A stretch of DNA of 64,000 nucleotides from an uncultured Pseudomonadales bacterium. GTDB taxonomy: Bacteria > Patescibacteriota > Microgenomatia > UBA1400 > UBA12028. Position numbers and translations under genes: made by a program. Shown here piece by piece: positions 8,871 through 17,338 of this stretch (its first letter is position 1; each line of letters starts with the position of its first letter). The stretch lies in NCBI GenBank assembly GCA_964492495.1, contig CAZBKJ010000001.1, positions 2,251 through 66,250 on the forward strand, given 5' to 3'. The notes under the pieces were generated by a model. That model saw nothing but the letters and a program-made list of their open reading frames with translations. It ran no database searches and was not told where the DNA came from.

Positions 8871-9338
8871 ATGATGCGCTGGACACTGGGATTTGTTTTT
8901 AATTCAGATTTTTCTCAAGTTTTACTCATTCATAAAGAGCATCCGGCTCACCAAAAAGGAAAATGGAATGGATTGGGTGGAAAGTATGAAAAAGACGAGA
9001 CAGCAGAGCAGTGTATCGTACGAGAAATTCTTGAAGAATCAGGCTTACAAACCAAGGAAAAAGACTGGAAAAAAGTTGCTCTACTTCATGGAGATACCCA
9101 CACCAAAGATACAACAGGAGAATGCTGGGAAATGGATGTACTTGCTACAGCCTATTCAGGAAACCTTATTGATGCCCAAACACTCACAGATGAGAAAGTA
9201 GCGTGGTTTCTTGTCGGCTCTCTTCCAAAGACCAAACGAAACCTTCACTGGCTTATCCCATTGTGTATCGATGCGGTGTGCCACTGTGAGATTGAGAAGG
9301 TAACTGTGCTGTATACTCCAAGTGATAATTGGAAATAA
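8871..9338 (+). CDS. NUDIX hydrolase (MutT/8-oxo-dGTPase-like)
   Basis: Nudix box GGKYEKDETAEQCIVREILEESG. Confidence 0.9.
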   Translation: MMRWTLGFVFNSDFSQVLLIHKEHPAHQKGKWNGLGGKYEKDETAEQCIVREILEESGLQTKEKDWKKVALLHGDTHTKDTTGECWEMDVLATAYSGNLIDAQTLTDEKVAWFLVGSLPKTKRNLHWLIPLCIDAVCHCEIEKVTVLYTPSDNWK

Positions 9339-9343
9339 TTCAT

Positions 9344-9868
9344 ATGCCAAAACTTGTCCTCCCAGACCTTCTGTACAAAAAAAGTTTTTTTGAGGCGTTT
9401 GCTGAGTACCTGAACGAGGAAACACCGCCTCCTCATTATTTGGAAACGAGAGCCTTTTTTGAAGAAGATAATTTGGAGGGGTACATACAGCGAGCCCGGG
9501 ATGGAAGACAAGGGAAAAATCTACCCAATGGGTATGTTCCATGGACAGATTATTGGCTGGTTGAAGGTAATCACTTTTTAGGACATCTCTCTTTTCGTCA
9601 TGAACTTTCAGACTGGCTCAAAAGAATTGGTGGACATATTGGCTATGACATTCGCCCCAGTGAACGTGGGAAAGGATATGGAAGCCTTATCTTGAAGCTT
9701 GGCCTTGAAAAAGCCAAAGAGCTCGGGCTTGAGAATGTGCTTATTACCTGCCAGGTTGGCAACACGGCATCAAAAAAAATTATCGAGAAAAATGGTGGAG
9801 TTTTGGAAAAAATAAATCCCGGGGAAAATGGAGAAAAGGATATTCAATTGTTTTGGATTAAAGTATGA
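9344..9868 (+). CDS. GNAT family acetyltransferase
   Basis: GGHIGYDIRPSERGKGYG, NTASKKIIEKNGG. Confidence 0.9.
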   Translation: MPKLVLPDLLYKKSFFEAFAEYLNEETPPPHYLETRAFFEEDNLEGYIQRARDGRQGKNLPNGYVPWTDYWLVEGNHFLGHLSFRHELSDWLKRIGGHIGYDIRPSERGKGYGSLILKLGLEKAKELGLENVLITCQVGNTASKKIIEKNGGVLEKINPGENGEKDIQLFWIKV

Positions 9869-10488
9869 AAAATCTTTTTTTAACTTCAAGTAATTGTTTT
9901 GTCATGGAAGATGTAATAAGACATGTCCCTAATTATAAAAAAGGAATGAAGTTGGTTTTCGTTCCTACTGCTGCTGAAGTAGAAAAGGGATATCTGAGTT
10001 GGATTCATGAAGATAGGCAAGCACTTATTGATGTTGGGTTTACAGTAAGTGATTTTTCTCTGGCAAATAAATCACTTGAAGAAGTACAAAAAGCATTCGA
10101 TCCAGCGCAGGTAGTGATGTTTTCGGGAGGAAACACGTATTTTTTGATGCAGGAAATCCAGCGGAGCAACTGTGCAGAATACATACGCAATAGAGTCTCG
10201 AACGGGCTTGTATATATGGGTACAAGCGCTGGTTCAATAGTAGCTGGTCCAAAAATTGATATGGTTGGTGATCTAGATGATCGAAGTCTGGCACCAGATC
10301 TTATAGGAGACGAGTGTCTTCAATTAACAGATGTAATTATTTTTCCACACTGGGGAAGTCCACATTTTGAGAAACGGTACGAAAAATGTATGCAAAACGG
10401 ATACAAAAAAGGTAATAAGATTGTGTTACTTACAGACGACCAGTATCTCTGGGTCAAAGACGATTGTTACCAGATTATCAGTATATAA
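9865..10488 (+). CDS. Peptidase E (S51) family / class I glutamine amidotransferase-like
   Basis: FVPTA, FSGGNTYFL, YMGTSAGS, IFPH. Confidence 0.88.
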   Translation: MKNLFLTSSNCFVMEDVIRHVPNYKKGMKLVFVPTAAEVEKGYLSWIHEDRQALIDVGFTVSDFSLANKSLEEVQKAFDPAQVVMFSGGNTYFLMQEIQRSNCAEYIRNRVSNGLVYMGTSAGSIVAGPKIDMVGDLDDRSLAPDLIGDECLQLTDVIIFPHWGSPHFEKRYEKCMQNGYKKGNKIVLLTDDQYLWVKDDCYQIISI

Positions 10489-10496
10489 ATCAATGT

Positions 10497-10853
10497 TTAA
10501 CTTCTTGTAGATCTTGTAATACTCTCAATGATTCCTGAAACACCCTGAGAGTCTCCTTTCATCCTTGCTATAAAAAGCAACCCTTCGATGAGCTGATGTG
10601 GTGGTCTCTCTTGAGATCTTCTGTGAATTTTTGTATGACAGTGAGAACACAATACTTGCGCATTTTCACGGCAAGCAACAAACTTACCCGGAATGTTATA
10701 TCTCTTTGCTTCACAGACCCATACATATTTATGATGAAGTTGTAGCTCATGTGGTGATAGTTTTACCGTGCACAATTCACAACGAAGTTGTACTTCCTGC
10801 TTGGCTTTTTCTTTGAGTGTTCTTCCAAAACTTCGTTGATTTTCTTCAATCAT
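10497..10853 (-). CDS. Small HNH endonuclease-like protein
   Basis: CELC..LQLHH...ENAQVLCSHCHTKIH; start moved to ATG 10853 to avoid overlap with the next gene. Confidence 0.7.
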   Translation of the reverse strand: MIEENQRSFGRTLKEKAKQEVQLRCELCTVKLSPHELQLHHKYVWVCEAKRYNIPGKFVACRENAQVLCSHCHTKIHRRSQERPPHQLIEGLLFIARMKGDSQGVSGIIESITRSTRS

Positions 10854-10935
10854 TTCTTCTACTAAGACAAAAAAAGAGGAGAAAAGAAAGTCCTGTAATT
10901 TTATATAAAAATTCGATAGAATACATTTTCGGCTT

Positions 10936-11649
10936 ATGAATGATCTTTCACTATTGCGGGATGAAATGCAAAAAACAGCTTCGCCAGCACGTGCAAAAAA
11001 TCTCTCATGGTTTTTCAAGACAGGGAAAGGTCAGTATGGTGAAGGTGATGTTTTTTGTGGACTCACCGTCCCCCAGTCGCGAATAATCGCTGGTCATTTC
11101 CCAAGTCTTTCACTCAAACGTATTGAGAGTTTACTTAAAAGTCCAACTCATGAAGAGCGCTTGATTGCTCTTTTTATCTTGGTGTCTCAGTTTTCAAAAG
11201 CAGATGAAGACGAGAAAAAAAAGATTGTTGATTTTTATCTTTCACATGCAGATCGGGTAAACAACTGGGATCTCGTGGATTCCTCAGCTGATAAGATCCT
11301 CGGAGAATGGTTGCTCCTTCATCCTGATGAAAATCTCATACAAAAACTGGCAACATCTTCTTTGTTATGGGAACGACGCATAGCGATGGTGTCAACGTTT
11401 GCGTTTATAAAAAAAGGAAAACCTGAATTAACATTTTTGGTTGCACGTATGCTTCTTGCCGACAAAGAAGATCTTATTCACAAAGCAACAGGCTGGATGC
11501 TTCGGGAAGTTGGCAAACGCTGTGGAAGAGAGAAATTGATCAAGTTTTTGAGCACGTCATACAAATTCATGCCACGGACTGCCCTGCGGTATTCAATTGA
11601 GCATTTTCCACCGCAGGAGCGGAAGCGGTACTTACAGGGACTGGTGTAG
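10936..11649 (+). CDS. DNA alkylation repair protein (AlkD-like)
   Basis: FFKTGKGQYGEGD, NNWDLVDSSA, LWERRIA, DLIHKATGWMLREVGKR, MPRTALRYSIE. Confidence 0.92.
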   Translation: MNDLSLLRDEMQKTASPARAKNLSWFFKTGKGQYGEGDVFCGLTVPQSRIIAGHFPSLSLKRIESLLKSPTHEERLIALFILVSQFSKADEDEKKKIVDFYLSHADRVNNWDLVDSSADKILGEWLLLHPDENLIQKLATSSLLWERRIAMVSTFAFIKKGKPELTFLVARMLLADKEDLIHKATGWMLREVGKRCGREKLIKFLSTSYKFMPRTALRYSIEHFPPQERKRYLQGLV

Positions 11650-12283
11650 GAGGGTTTTTCTTTTTGAGTCGAATGCCAAATTCTAGGAACACACGAAGAT
11701 ACAGTACGAGGAGTGCAAAGAACGTCAGCACTAAACGAGGTGGCGCAAGAGAATTGCGTGAGAGAAACCACTGCGTCCAGATAGCTTCTTCGAGATAAAA
11801 GGCGCGGATGATTAACAAGAGATAGGCAATGTATCCAGCTCGAAGTAATGTTCTCCAATTTTTTCCAAACATTTTGACTGCCCAGTTTGATGAGATCAGT
11901 GCCATGAATGTGAGTATCGCCATTGCTCCTAGACCGAGGAGAACATCAATATCCTTGAGTGATGATGAAAGATTTGTCCAGTACCGATCCGTATCCCGAA
12001 AAAACAGTGAGATCGAATAGGTGAGTGCGCAAAAGTATCCGGTGATTCCAAGCATTTTTCTGTACTTTAGTTTTGTATCAAAAACATCAAGAAAAAAACT
12101 TAAACCACTCAGGGCAAACGAGCAGCCAATGAGTATTCCACTCGTGAACGCAACTGATTCACTTAGTCCAACAAATGATAGTTCGCCAAGATACAACACA
12201 CTATACACAACACTGAAACCGTACAAAGCAACGGCAAAAACAAATGTTTGAAGCCAAAGGGTAGTAATATCTGGTGGTTTCAC
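11567..12283 (-). CDS. MsrQ/ferric-reductase-like membrane protein lacking His ligands
   Basis: YRKMLG, ALISSN..VKMFGKNWRTLLR align with 5761..6441; no His anywhere in the translation. Confidence 0.7.
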   Translation of the reverse strand: MKPPDITTLWLQTFVFAVALYGFSVVYSVLYLGELSFVGLSESVAFTSGILIGCSFALSGLSFFLDVFDTKLKYRKMLGITGYFCALTYSISLFFRDTDRYWTNLSSSLKDIDVLLGLGAMAILTFMALISSNWAVKMFGKNWRTLLRAGYIAYLLLIIRAFYLEEAIWTQWFLSRNSLAPPRLVLTFFALLVLYLRVFLEFGIRLKKKNPPTPVPVSTASAPAVENAQLNTAGQSVA

Positions 12284-12345
12284 GATATTTCTATTGTAGC
12301 TATATTTCGTGTCTTTGTGAAAAGAAATTTTTTTGTGAAAAAAGG

Positions 12346-13134
12346 TTATACATCTTCAGGCTTTTCTGAAGCAACGAGTCCTTTGAACGCTAAATATTCT
12401 AGTATTCCTTGTGAAAGACCATTTGCAACGTCATCTGTTCGTTGGGTGAGTATTTTTCGGTCTGAGGGATTACTTAAAAATCCGGATTCAAAAATCACCG
12501 CTGTTGTCATCGGATGAATGGAATGTTCATATCTCCACCAAGCGAATGCATAGTATCCTCGCATATTGCGAGAGACATTTGGATCGATCGACATGCCAGT
12601 TGCTTTTTGGTAGGTTTTTTCGATGGCAGACACCAAATGCTCTGCGTCCCCAGTACGGTCTCTCCATGGACCTGCTACCTTAAAGCCCGATGCTTTCAGG
12701 CTTGTACTTCCATCTGCATGAATAGCAATAAACGCATCAGCCCAATAGTCAGGAGGAACAGTCGCGGGGATGATATCAACGGCAATACTTTTTTGTTCTA
12801 AAATCTTGGCAACTTCATTTGCGATGAGTAAGTTTATTTCCCACTCAGTCTTTCCACCACCAGATGCGCCAGTATTTCCGATGAGTTTATCGAGTTCTTC
12901 TGGGAGCTCGTTGTTTTTCCAGTGTCCGACTTGGAGTCCAACTCGAACAGGGCCATCTGGTCTCTTCCACTCTTTAAGCCAACTCCACTCATCGCTTACC
13001 GGAACATCTTCCAGTGCCTCGCCATACGGGGGAGCACCACTGACTTCAGGAGCGGGAGATGAAAACAAGAAACGTGCAATTCCAACGAACAAAAGAAGAC
13101 CACAACAAAAAAGGCCGAACTTTTTCATTTTCAT
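12346..13134 (-). CDS. N-acetylmuramoyl-L-alanine amidase (Amidase_3)
   Basis: N-terminal TM; LQVGH, EWEINL, FIAIHADG, IFESGF zinc/catalytic motifs. Confidence 0.88.
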   Translation of the reverse strand: MKMKKFGLFCCGLLLFVGIARFLFSSPAPEVSGAPPYGEALEDVPVSDEWSWLKEWKRPDGPVRVGLQVGHWKNNELPEELDKLIGNTGASGGGKTEWEINLLIANEVAKILEQKSIAVDIIPATVPPDYWADAFIAIHADGSTSLKASGFKVAGPWRDRTGDAEHLVSAIEKTYQKATGMSIDPNVSRNMRGYYAFAWWRYEHSIHPMTTAVIFESGFLSNPSDRKILTQRTDDVANGLSQGILEYLAFKGLVASEKPEDV

Positions 13135-13181
13135 ACGGTAGCAATGGATACTGAATGCAACCTGAAAGATTGTGTAGAATA

Positions 13182-13658
13182 CTAGGTCACATCGGAAATT
13201 GTATATGTGACGGTTGAGGAAGGGAGCGCGACTTCTACAATGTCTCCCACTTTTTTCCCAAAAACCGCTTTTCCAATTGGGCTACTCATTGAGAGTTTAT
13301 TTTCCTTTGGGTTAGACTCATATTCAGATACCAGAAGAAAGGTAAGTGTACGAGTGTCATTTTTCAGTGTAATGGTACTTCCAAACCCAATAGTATCTTT
13401 GTTGTCTTGGCGCTGAACTACATGCCCGAAGCGAAGTTTGTAGTGAATATCACGAAGTTGTCTGCTGATATCTCCGAGCTCTTGCTTGGCATACCTGTAT
13501 GCTCCGTTTTCGGACAAGTCTCCCATTTCACGAGCTACAGAAAGTCGTATCACTACTTCTTCGCGCAGTTTTGTGAGACGCTTGAGTTCCTGGCCAATTT
13601 TTTCGTACGCATCTTTGGTAAACGGAATCGATGGAATTTTGTTTGGAATTGTTCGCAT
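13182..13658 (-). CDS. greA: Transcription elongation factor GreA family
   Basis: AREMGDLSENGAY, IGFGSTI, LSMSSPIGKAVFGKKVGD. Confidence 0.92.
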   Translation of the reverse strand: MRTIPNKIPSIPFTKDAYEKIGQELKRLTKLREEVVIRLSVAREMGDLSENGAYRYAKQELGDISRQLRDIHYKLRFGHVVQRQDNKDTIGFGSTITLKNDTRTLTFLLVSEYESNPKENKLSMSSPIGKAVFGKKVGDIVEVALPSSTVTYTISDVT

Positions 13659-13680
13659 ACTCCATAGTATACTGCCATGT
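13659..13680. promoter_or_regulatory. Symmetric bidirectional -10 element
   Basis: Palindrome AGTATACT (13666-13673) gives TATACT on both strands, each 7 nt before an ATG (13658 minus, 13681 plus). Confidence 0.65.
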
Positions 13681-14748
13681 ATGGAAAAGCGTGCAAAAAT
13701 AGTTGTTTTGATCACTCTTGGTATCACGTGTTTTGTTGGGTCTTTTCTATACTTTTCAAAAGGTAGAAGTACTCAGAAAGTAATTCAAGAAATCTCAAAA
13801 CCACGTATCACAAATTCACTTCCAGCACTCAAACCCTCGCCGACTAGTTTTCCGTTCCAAGAATTAACAATTCCGTACCTGCGAACACGAAGCTACGACA
13901 GTAGTATTGCAGGTCTTGTTCGTCACCAAAACAAAGCAAACTATACGTCATATACAACGTCATATCAGTCAGATGGATTGAAGATTAATGCACTGCTGAC
14001 TGAGCCAACAGGTACTCCGCCCGTGGGTGGCTGGCCAGCAATCGTATTTGTTCACGGATACATCCCTCCAAGCTCGTATCAAACGACGACACGATATATC
14101 GATCATGTTGATTATCTAGCACGCAATGGGTTTGTGGTATTAAAGATTGATCTTCGAGGACATGGTGAGTCTGAAGGCGAGCCAAATGGAGCGTACCAGT
14201 CCAGTGACTACATTGTTGATACCCTGAGTGCAATCGAGGCTCTCAAAAAACTCCCGTTTGTGCATAAAGACAAAATTGGACTCTGGGGTCATAGTATGGC
14301 GGGCAATATCATCATGCGAAGTCTAGCTGTACGACCTGAAATTCCTGCCATCGCAATCTGGGGTGGAGCTGTCTATACATACACTGATATGAAGGACTAT
14401 GGAATAGATGATGGAAGTTATCGTCCGCCTGCCAGCACGTCTCCACAAGCGGTAAAGAGACGGGCGCTCACAGAAGCACATGGTCAATTTGATCCAGACG
14501 ATGAGTTTTGGAAACTCGTTCCTGCAACAAATTTTCTTGATGGCATACAAGGGGCAGTAGGCATATTTCACGCGGTGAACGATCCCGTTGTCAGCGTGGA
14601 GTATGGTCGAAATTTAAACAAAATCTTGGACGAGACACAAATTCCCCATGAACTTCATGAGTATCCAGACGGGGGACACAATATTTCTGGAGCGAGTTTT
14701 TCCAGGGCAATGCAAGATACGGTCAACTTTTTTCAGAAGAACCTCTAA
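13681..14748 (+). CDS. Membrane-anchored alpha/beta hydrolase (S9 peptidase-like)
   Basis: VFVHGY, DLRGHG, WGHSMAG nucleophile, HAVNDPVV, GGH; N-terminal TM. Confidence 0.88.
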   Translation: MEKRAKIVVLITLGITCFVGSFLYFSKGRSTQKVIQEISKPRITNSLPALKPSPTSFPFQELTIPYLRTRSYDSSIAGLVRHQNKANYTSYTTSYQSDGLKINALLTEPTGTPPVGGWPAIVFVHGYIPPSSYQTTTRYIDHVDYLARNGFVVLKIDLRGHGESEGEPNGAYQSSDYIVDTLSAIEALKKLPFVHKDKIGLWGHSMAGNIIMRSLAVRPEIPAIAIWGGAVYTYTDMKDYGIDDGSYRPPASTSPQAVKRRALTEAHGQFDPDDEFWKLVPATNFLDGIQGAVGIFHAVNDPVVSVEYGRNLNKILDETQIPHELHEYPDGGHNISGASFSRAMQDTVNFFQKNL

Positions 14749-14774
14749 GTTCTCTCGATGGTACAATACTTCTC

Positions 14775-14930
14775 ATGAATCTTTCAGTTGGTATAGTAGG
14801 GTTGCCCAACGTCTGTCCCGGTACTAAAAACTTTATTTTTCGCAGTCGGCTTATTCAGCCGGTTCGAAAATCACGTTTTCATACAGGACTCGACAGTTCA
14901 CATAGTGCAGTAGCCAAGAGGTTTTTATGA
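14775..14930 (+). other. Duplicated ychF 5' end plus hairpin insert, forming a 51-aa upstream ORF
   Basis: First 13 codons encode MNLSVGIVGLPNV, same as YchF. 24-bp exact direct repeat at 14790-14813 and 14942-14965. TGA overlaps the ychF ATG (ATGA). Confidence 0.9.
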
Positions 14931-16015
14931 ATTTAAGTGTAGGTATAGTAGGGTTGCCCAACGTCGGTAAGTCCACACTTTTTAATGCGTTGTTAAAACA
15001 GCAGGTAGCTTTGGCTGCCAATTATCCTTTTGCGACCATTGAACCAAACGTTGGAATTGCTCAAGTTCCAGACGCTAGGCTAGAAAAACTGGCAGAGGTT
15101 GTCCATACAACGGTACTCAAACCCGCAACTGTTGAGTTTGTAGATATCGCGGGCTTGGTAAAGGGTGCTAGTACCGGTGAAGGCTTGGGAAATAAATTCC
15201 TCTCACATATCCGTGAAACTTCGGCAATTTGTCATGTATTGCGTGCGTTTAGCGACTCTGAAATCCTTCGTGAGGGGGCAGTTGGCCCGAAAGAAGATTT
15301 GGAAATCATCCGAACGGAGCTTCAATTAGCTGATCTTGCGACACTTGAAAAACAACCGCAACCAAAAGGTGCAGTGACTCCAGAGGCCAAAGAAAAATGG
15401 GACGTGATTGTGAAGTGTAAAGAAACAATCAACAGAGGAAAGATGGTAAACACCCTTGAGCTTACTCCCGAAGAAAAAGACATTGCCAAGGAACTCAATC
15501 TTCTCACAGCCAAAGCAGAAATCTTTGCGATCAATGTGGATGAAGGGGAAATAGCAACAAGAGGCAAGGGGGAAGAGATCAGCAAGATAGCATCAGAGTT
15601 GGGCGAGAATCCGGATTCTATAGTGGTCATTAGTGCTCGAATTGAGAGTGAACTTTCATCACTGTCAGAAAACGATCAAAAAGAATACATGAAGGAACTC
15701 GGAATAGAAAAAAGTGGATTGGAGCGCCTCGCTGAAACTGCATACAAGACACTGGGACTTCAAAGTTTCTTAACCGCTGGCGAACTAGAAGTGCGAGCGT
15801 GGACGATCAAACAAGGAACTACTGCTCCACTCGCGGCTGGGGCAATTCACACTGATTTTATTAAGAAATTTATCAAAGCGAACATTGCAACCTACGACGA
15901 TTTTATTTCATACAAAGGATGGAAGGCTCTCAAAGATGCCGGAAAAATGCGAATTGAGGGAAAAGACTACGTGATGCAGGAAGGTGATGTCGTGGAGTTT
16001 ATGATTGGTGCATAG
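14927..16015 (+). CDS. ychF: Redox-regulated ribosome-binding ATPase YchF
   Basis: GIVGLPNVGKSTLFN, ANYPFATIEPN, DIAGLVKGAS.GEGLGNKFL, EGKDYVMQEGDVV. Confidence 0.98.
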   Translation: MNLSVGIVGLPNVGKSTLFNALLKQQVALAANYPFATIEPNVGIAQVPDARLEKLAEVVHTTVLKPATVEFVDIAGLVKGASTGEGLGNKFLSHIRETSAICHVLRAFSDSEILREGAVGPKEDLEIIRTELQLADLATLEKQPQPKGAVTPEAKEKWDVIVKCKETINRGKMVNTLELTPEEKDIAKELNLLTAKAEIFAINVDEGEIATRGKGEEISKIASELGENPDSIVVISARIESELSSLSENDQKEYMKELGIEKSGLERLAETAYKTLGLQSFLTAGELEVRAWTIKQGTTAPLAAGAIHTDFIKKFIKANIATYDDFISYKGWKALKDAGKMRIEGKDYVMQEGDVVEFMIGA

Positions 16016-16024
16016 ATAACTTTT

Positions 16025-16372
16025 ATGATTGAGAAAGTTGACGCTGCAAAAAAATCTATTTATTTTACGAATGTTGCACTCATAGTCGTAAATCACTGGT
16101 TGGACTTAATTACTACTCAAGGGATGATAAAAGTTCACGGCTTACACGTAGAGGCAAATGAGATAGCAAAACACTATTTTCTGAACAACCCAGAGTTTTT
16201 ATCACTATTAAAAGTTCTTGTGATACCAGCAATTATTGCAGTTCTATCCTATCTCATATATAAAAAGTATCCTCGTATTAGAGAAGCGTACATAACTGGC
16301 ATGCGTATCGCAAATGTCTGTTTGGTTTGTGTCGTTTTTACAAATGCATTTGTGATTACTTATAGAGGGTAG
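16025..16372 (+). CDS. Small membrane protein (DUF5658-like)
   Basis: 3 TM; LDLITT..G...EAN pattern; AT-rich. Confidence 0.6.
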   Translation: MIEKVDAAKKSIYFTNVALIVVNHWLDLITTQGMIKVHGLHVEANEIAKHYFLNNPEFLSLLKVLVIPAIIAVLSYLIYKKYPRIREAYITGMRIANVCLVCVVFTNAFVITYRG

Positions 16373-16387
16373 TATCAAAACATACAT

Positions 16388-17338
16388 ATGGAAGTAATCA
16401 ATCAAGAAATAGAGGGAATTGCTTTTTCCAGTGATGATTTCTTAGGTATTTTTCAACCCCATTCGCTTCGATTGCTTGATAAAGTTGCTTTAACAAAAAC
16501 GTCAGGTATTGTTTCGAACTATGTTACAAAACGTGGAGGTAAAATTGCATTTTGTTTTGAAAATGCAGCTCAATTTACACCTCGTTTTGCAAAAATGCGA
16601 GACGACTTTAATAAGAATCCGGATAATAGTAAAAATTATAGAGATAGGGAAACTTTTCTTGGTCATTTAAGCGTCTTATCTAGAAGTGATGATCAAATCG
16701 GACATATAAAATTCATAACTGAACTATTTTTACAAACTTTTGATCTTTTGGGAAAAAATCCCAAGAAGGTCTCTGCTTTTTCTGAAAAGAATCCAGTTAT
16801 GGCTGTTTCTTCAGAAAAAACACGTGAGTTTTTTTTATCCCTTAGCACCACACATATAACCAATGAAGAAAAATATACGTCATCACTAGAGTTCTTATGT
16901 GAAATGGTTACCAGAGAGATTGTTATTTCAAGACAAATTCTTGATGCAAGGAGAAATAATACGTCTGTTATTGTTTTTAGAGGAACAGCTCACGTTGGAT
17001 TGATTCCAGCATTAGCTACACTTTCTCATATGCAGTATCCTAGTTTTGATTTTGAAAAGACCTACTCTGTACCGATGGGAGATAATAAACGACCTTTTGT
17101 TTCAGTACTATGGAATCTTCAATTCTGGAAAGATATTTTTGATGAATATGATGTAACTTTAGCTTCACTTCGCAATGAAAAAAATATCAAAAAAATAATA
17201 GAGACTTTTGAGCTTTTTATGAAAAGGAGCCAATGGGGGGATTTTATTTTATCTTCAATTGAAGATACAAGGCTTCTAGATGTCAAATCAATCATTGAAC
17301 TATCACAAACGTTGCCTGTTCATGGAAAGAGAACATAA
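16388..17338 (+). CDS. Hypothetical protein
   Basis: 316-aa AT-rich ORF containing VIVFRGTAH; no family recognised. Confidence 0.7.
   Translation: MEVINQEIEGIAFSSDDFLGIFQPHSLRLLDKVALTKTSGIVSNYVTKRGGKIAFCFENAAQFTPRFAKMRDDFNKNPDNSKNYRDRETFLGHLSVLSRSDDQIGHIKFITELFLQTFDLLGKNPKKVSAFSEKNPVMAVSSEKTREFFLSLSTTHITNEEKYTSSLEFLCEMVTREIVISRQILDARRNNTSVIVFRGTAHVGLIPALATLSHMQYPSFDFEKTYSVPMGDNKRPFVSVLWNLQFWKDIFDEYDVTLASLRNEKNIKKIIETFELFMKRSQWGDFILSSIEDTRLLDVKSIIELSQTLPVHGKRT

Noticed and set aside
13486-13727. Long overlapping N-terminal extensions of greA and the S9 hydrolase
   Set aside because: They would overlap head to head; ATGs at 13658 and 13681 fit the family lengths and the shared -10 box.
14814-14926. 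Self-splicing intron or intein in ychF
   Set aside because: Too short and lacking group I/II core motifs. The Cys after the duplicated codons is intein-like, but the frame ends in a stop and a complete second gene start follows.
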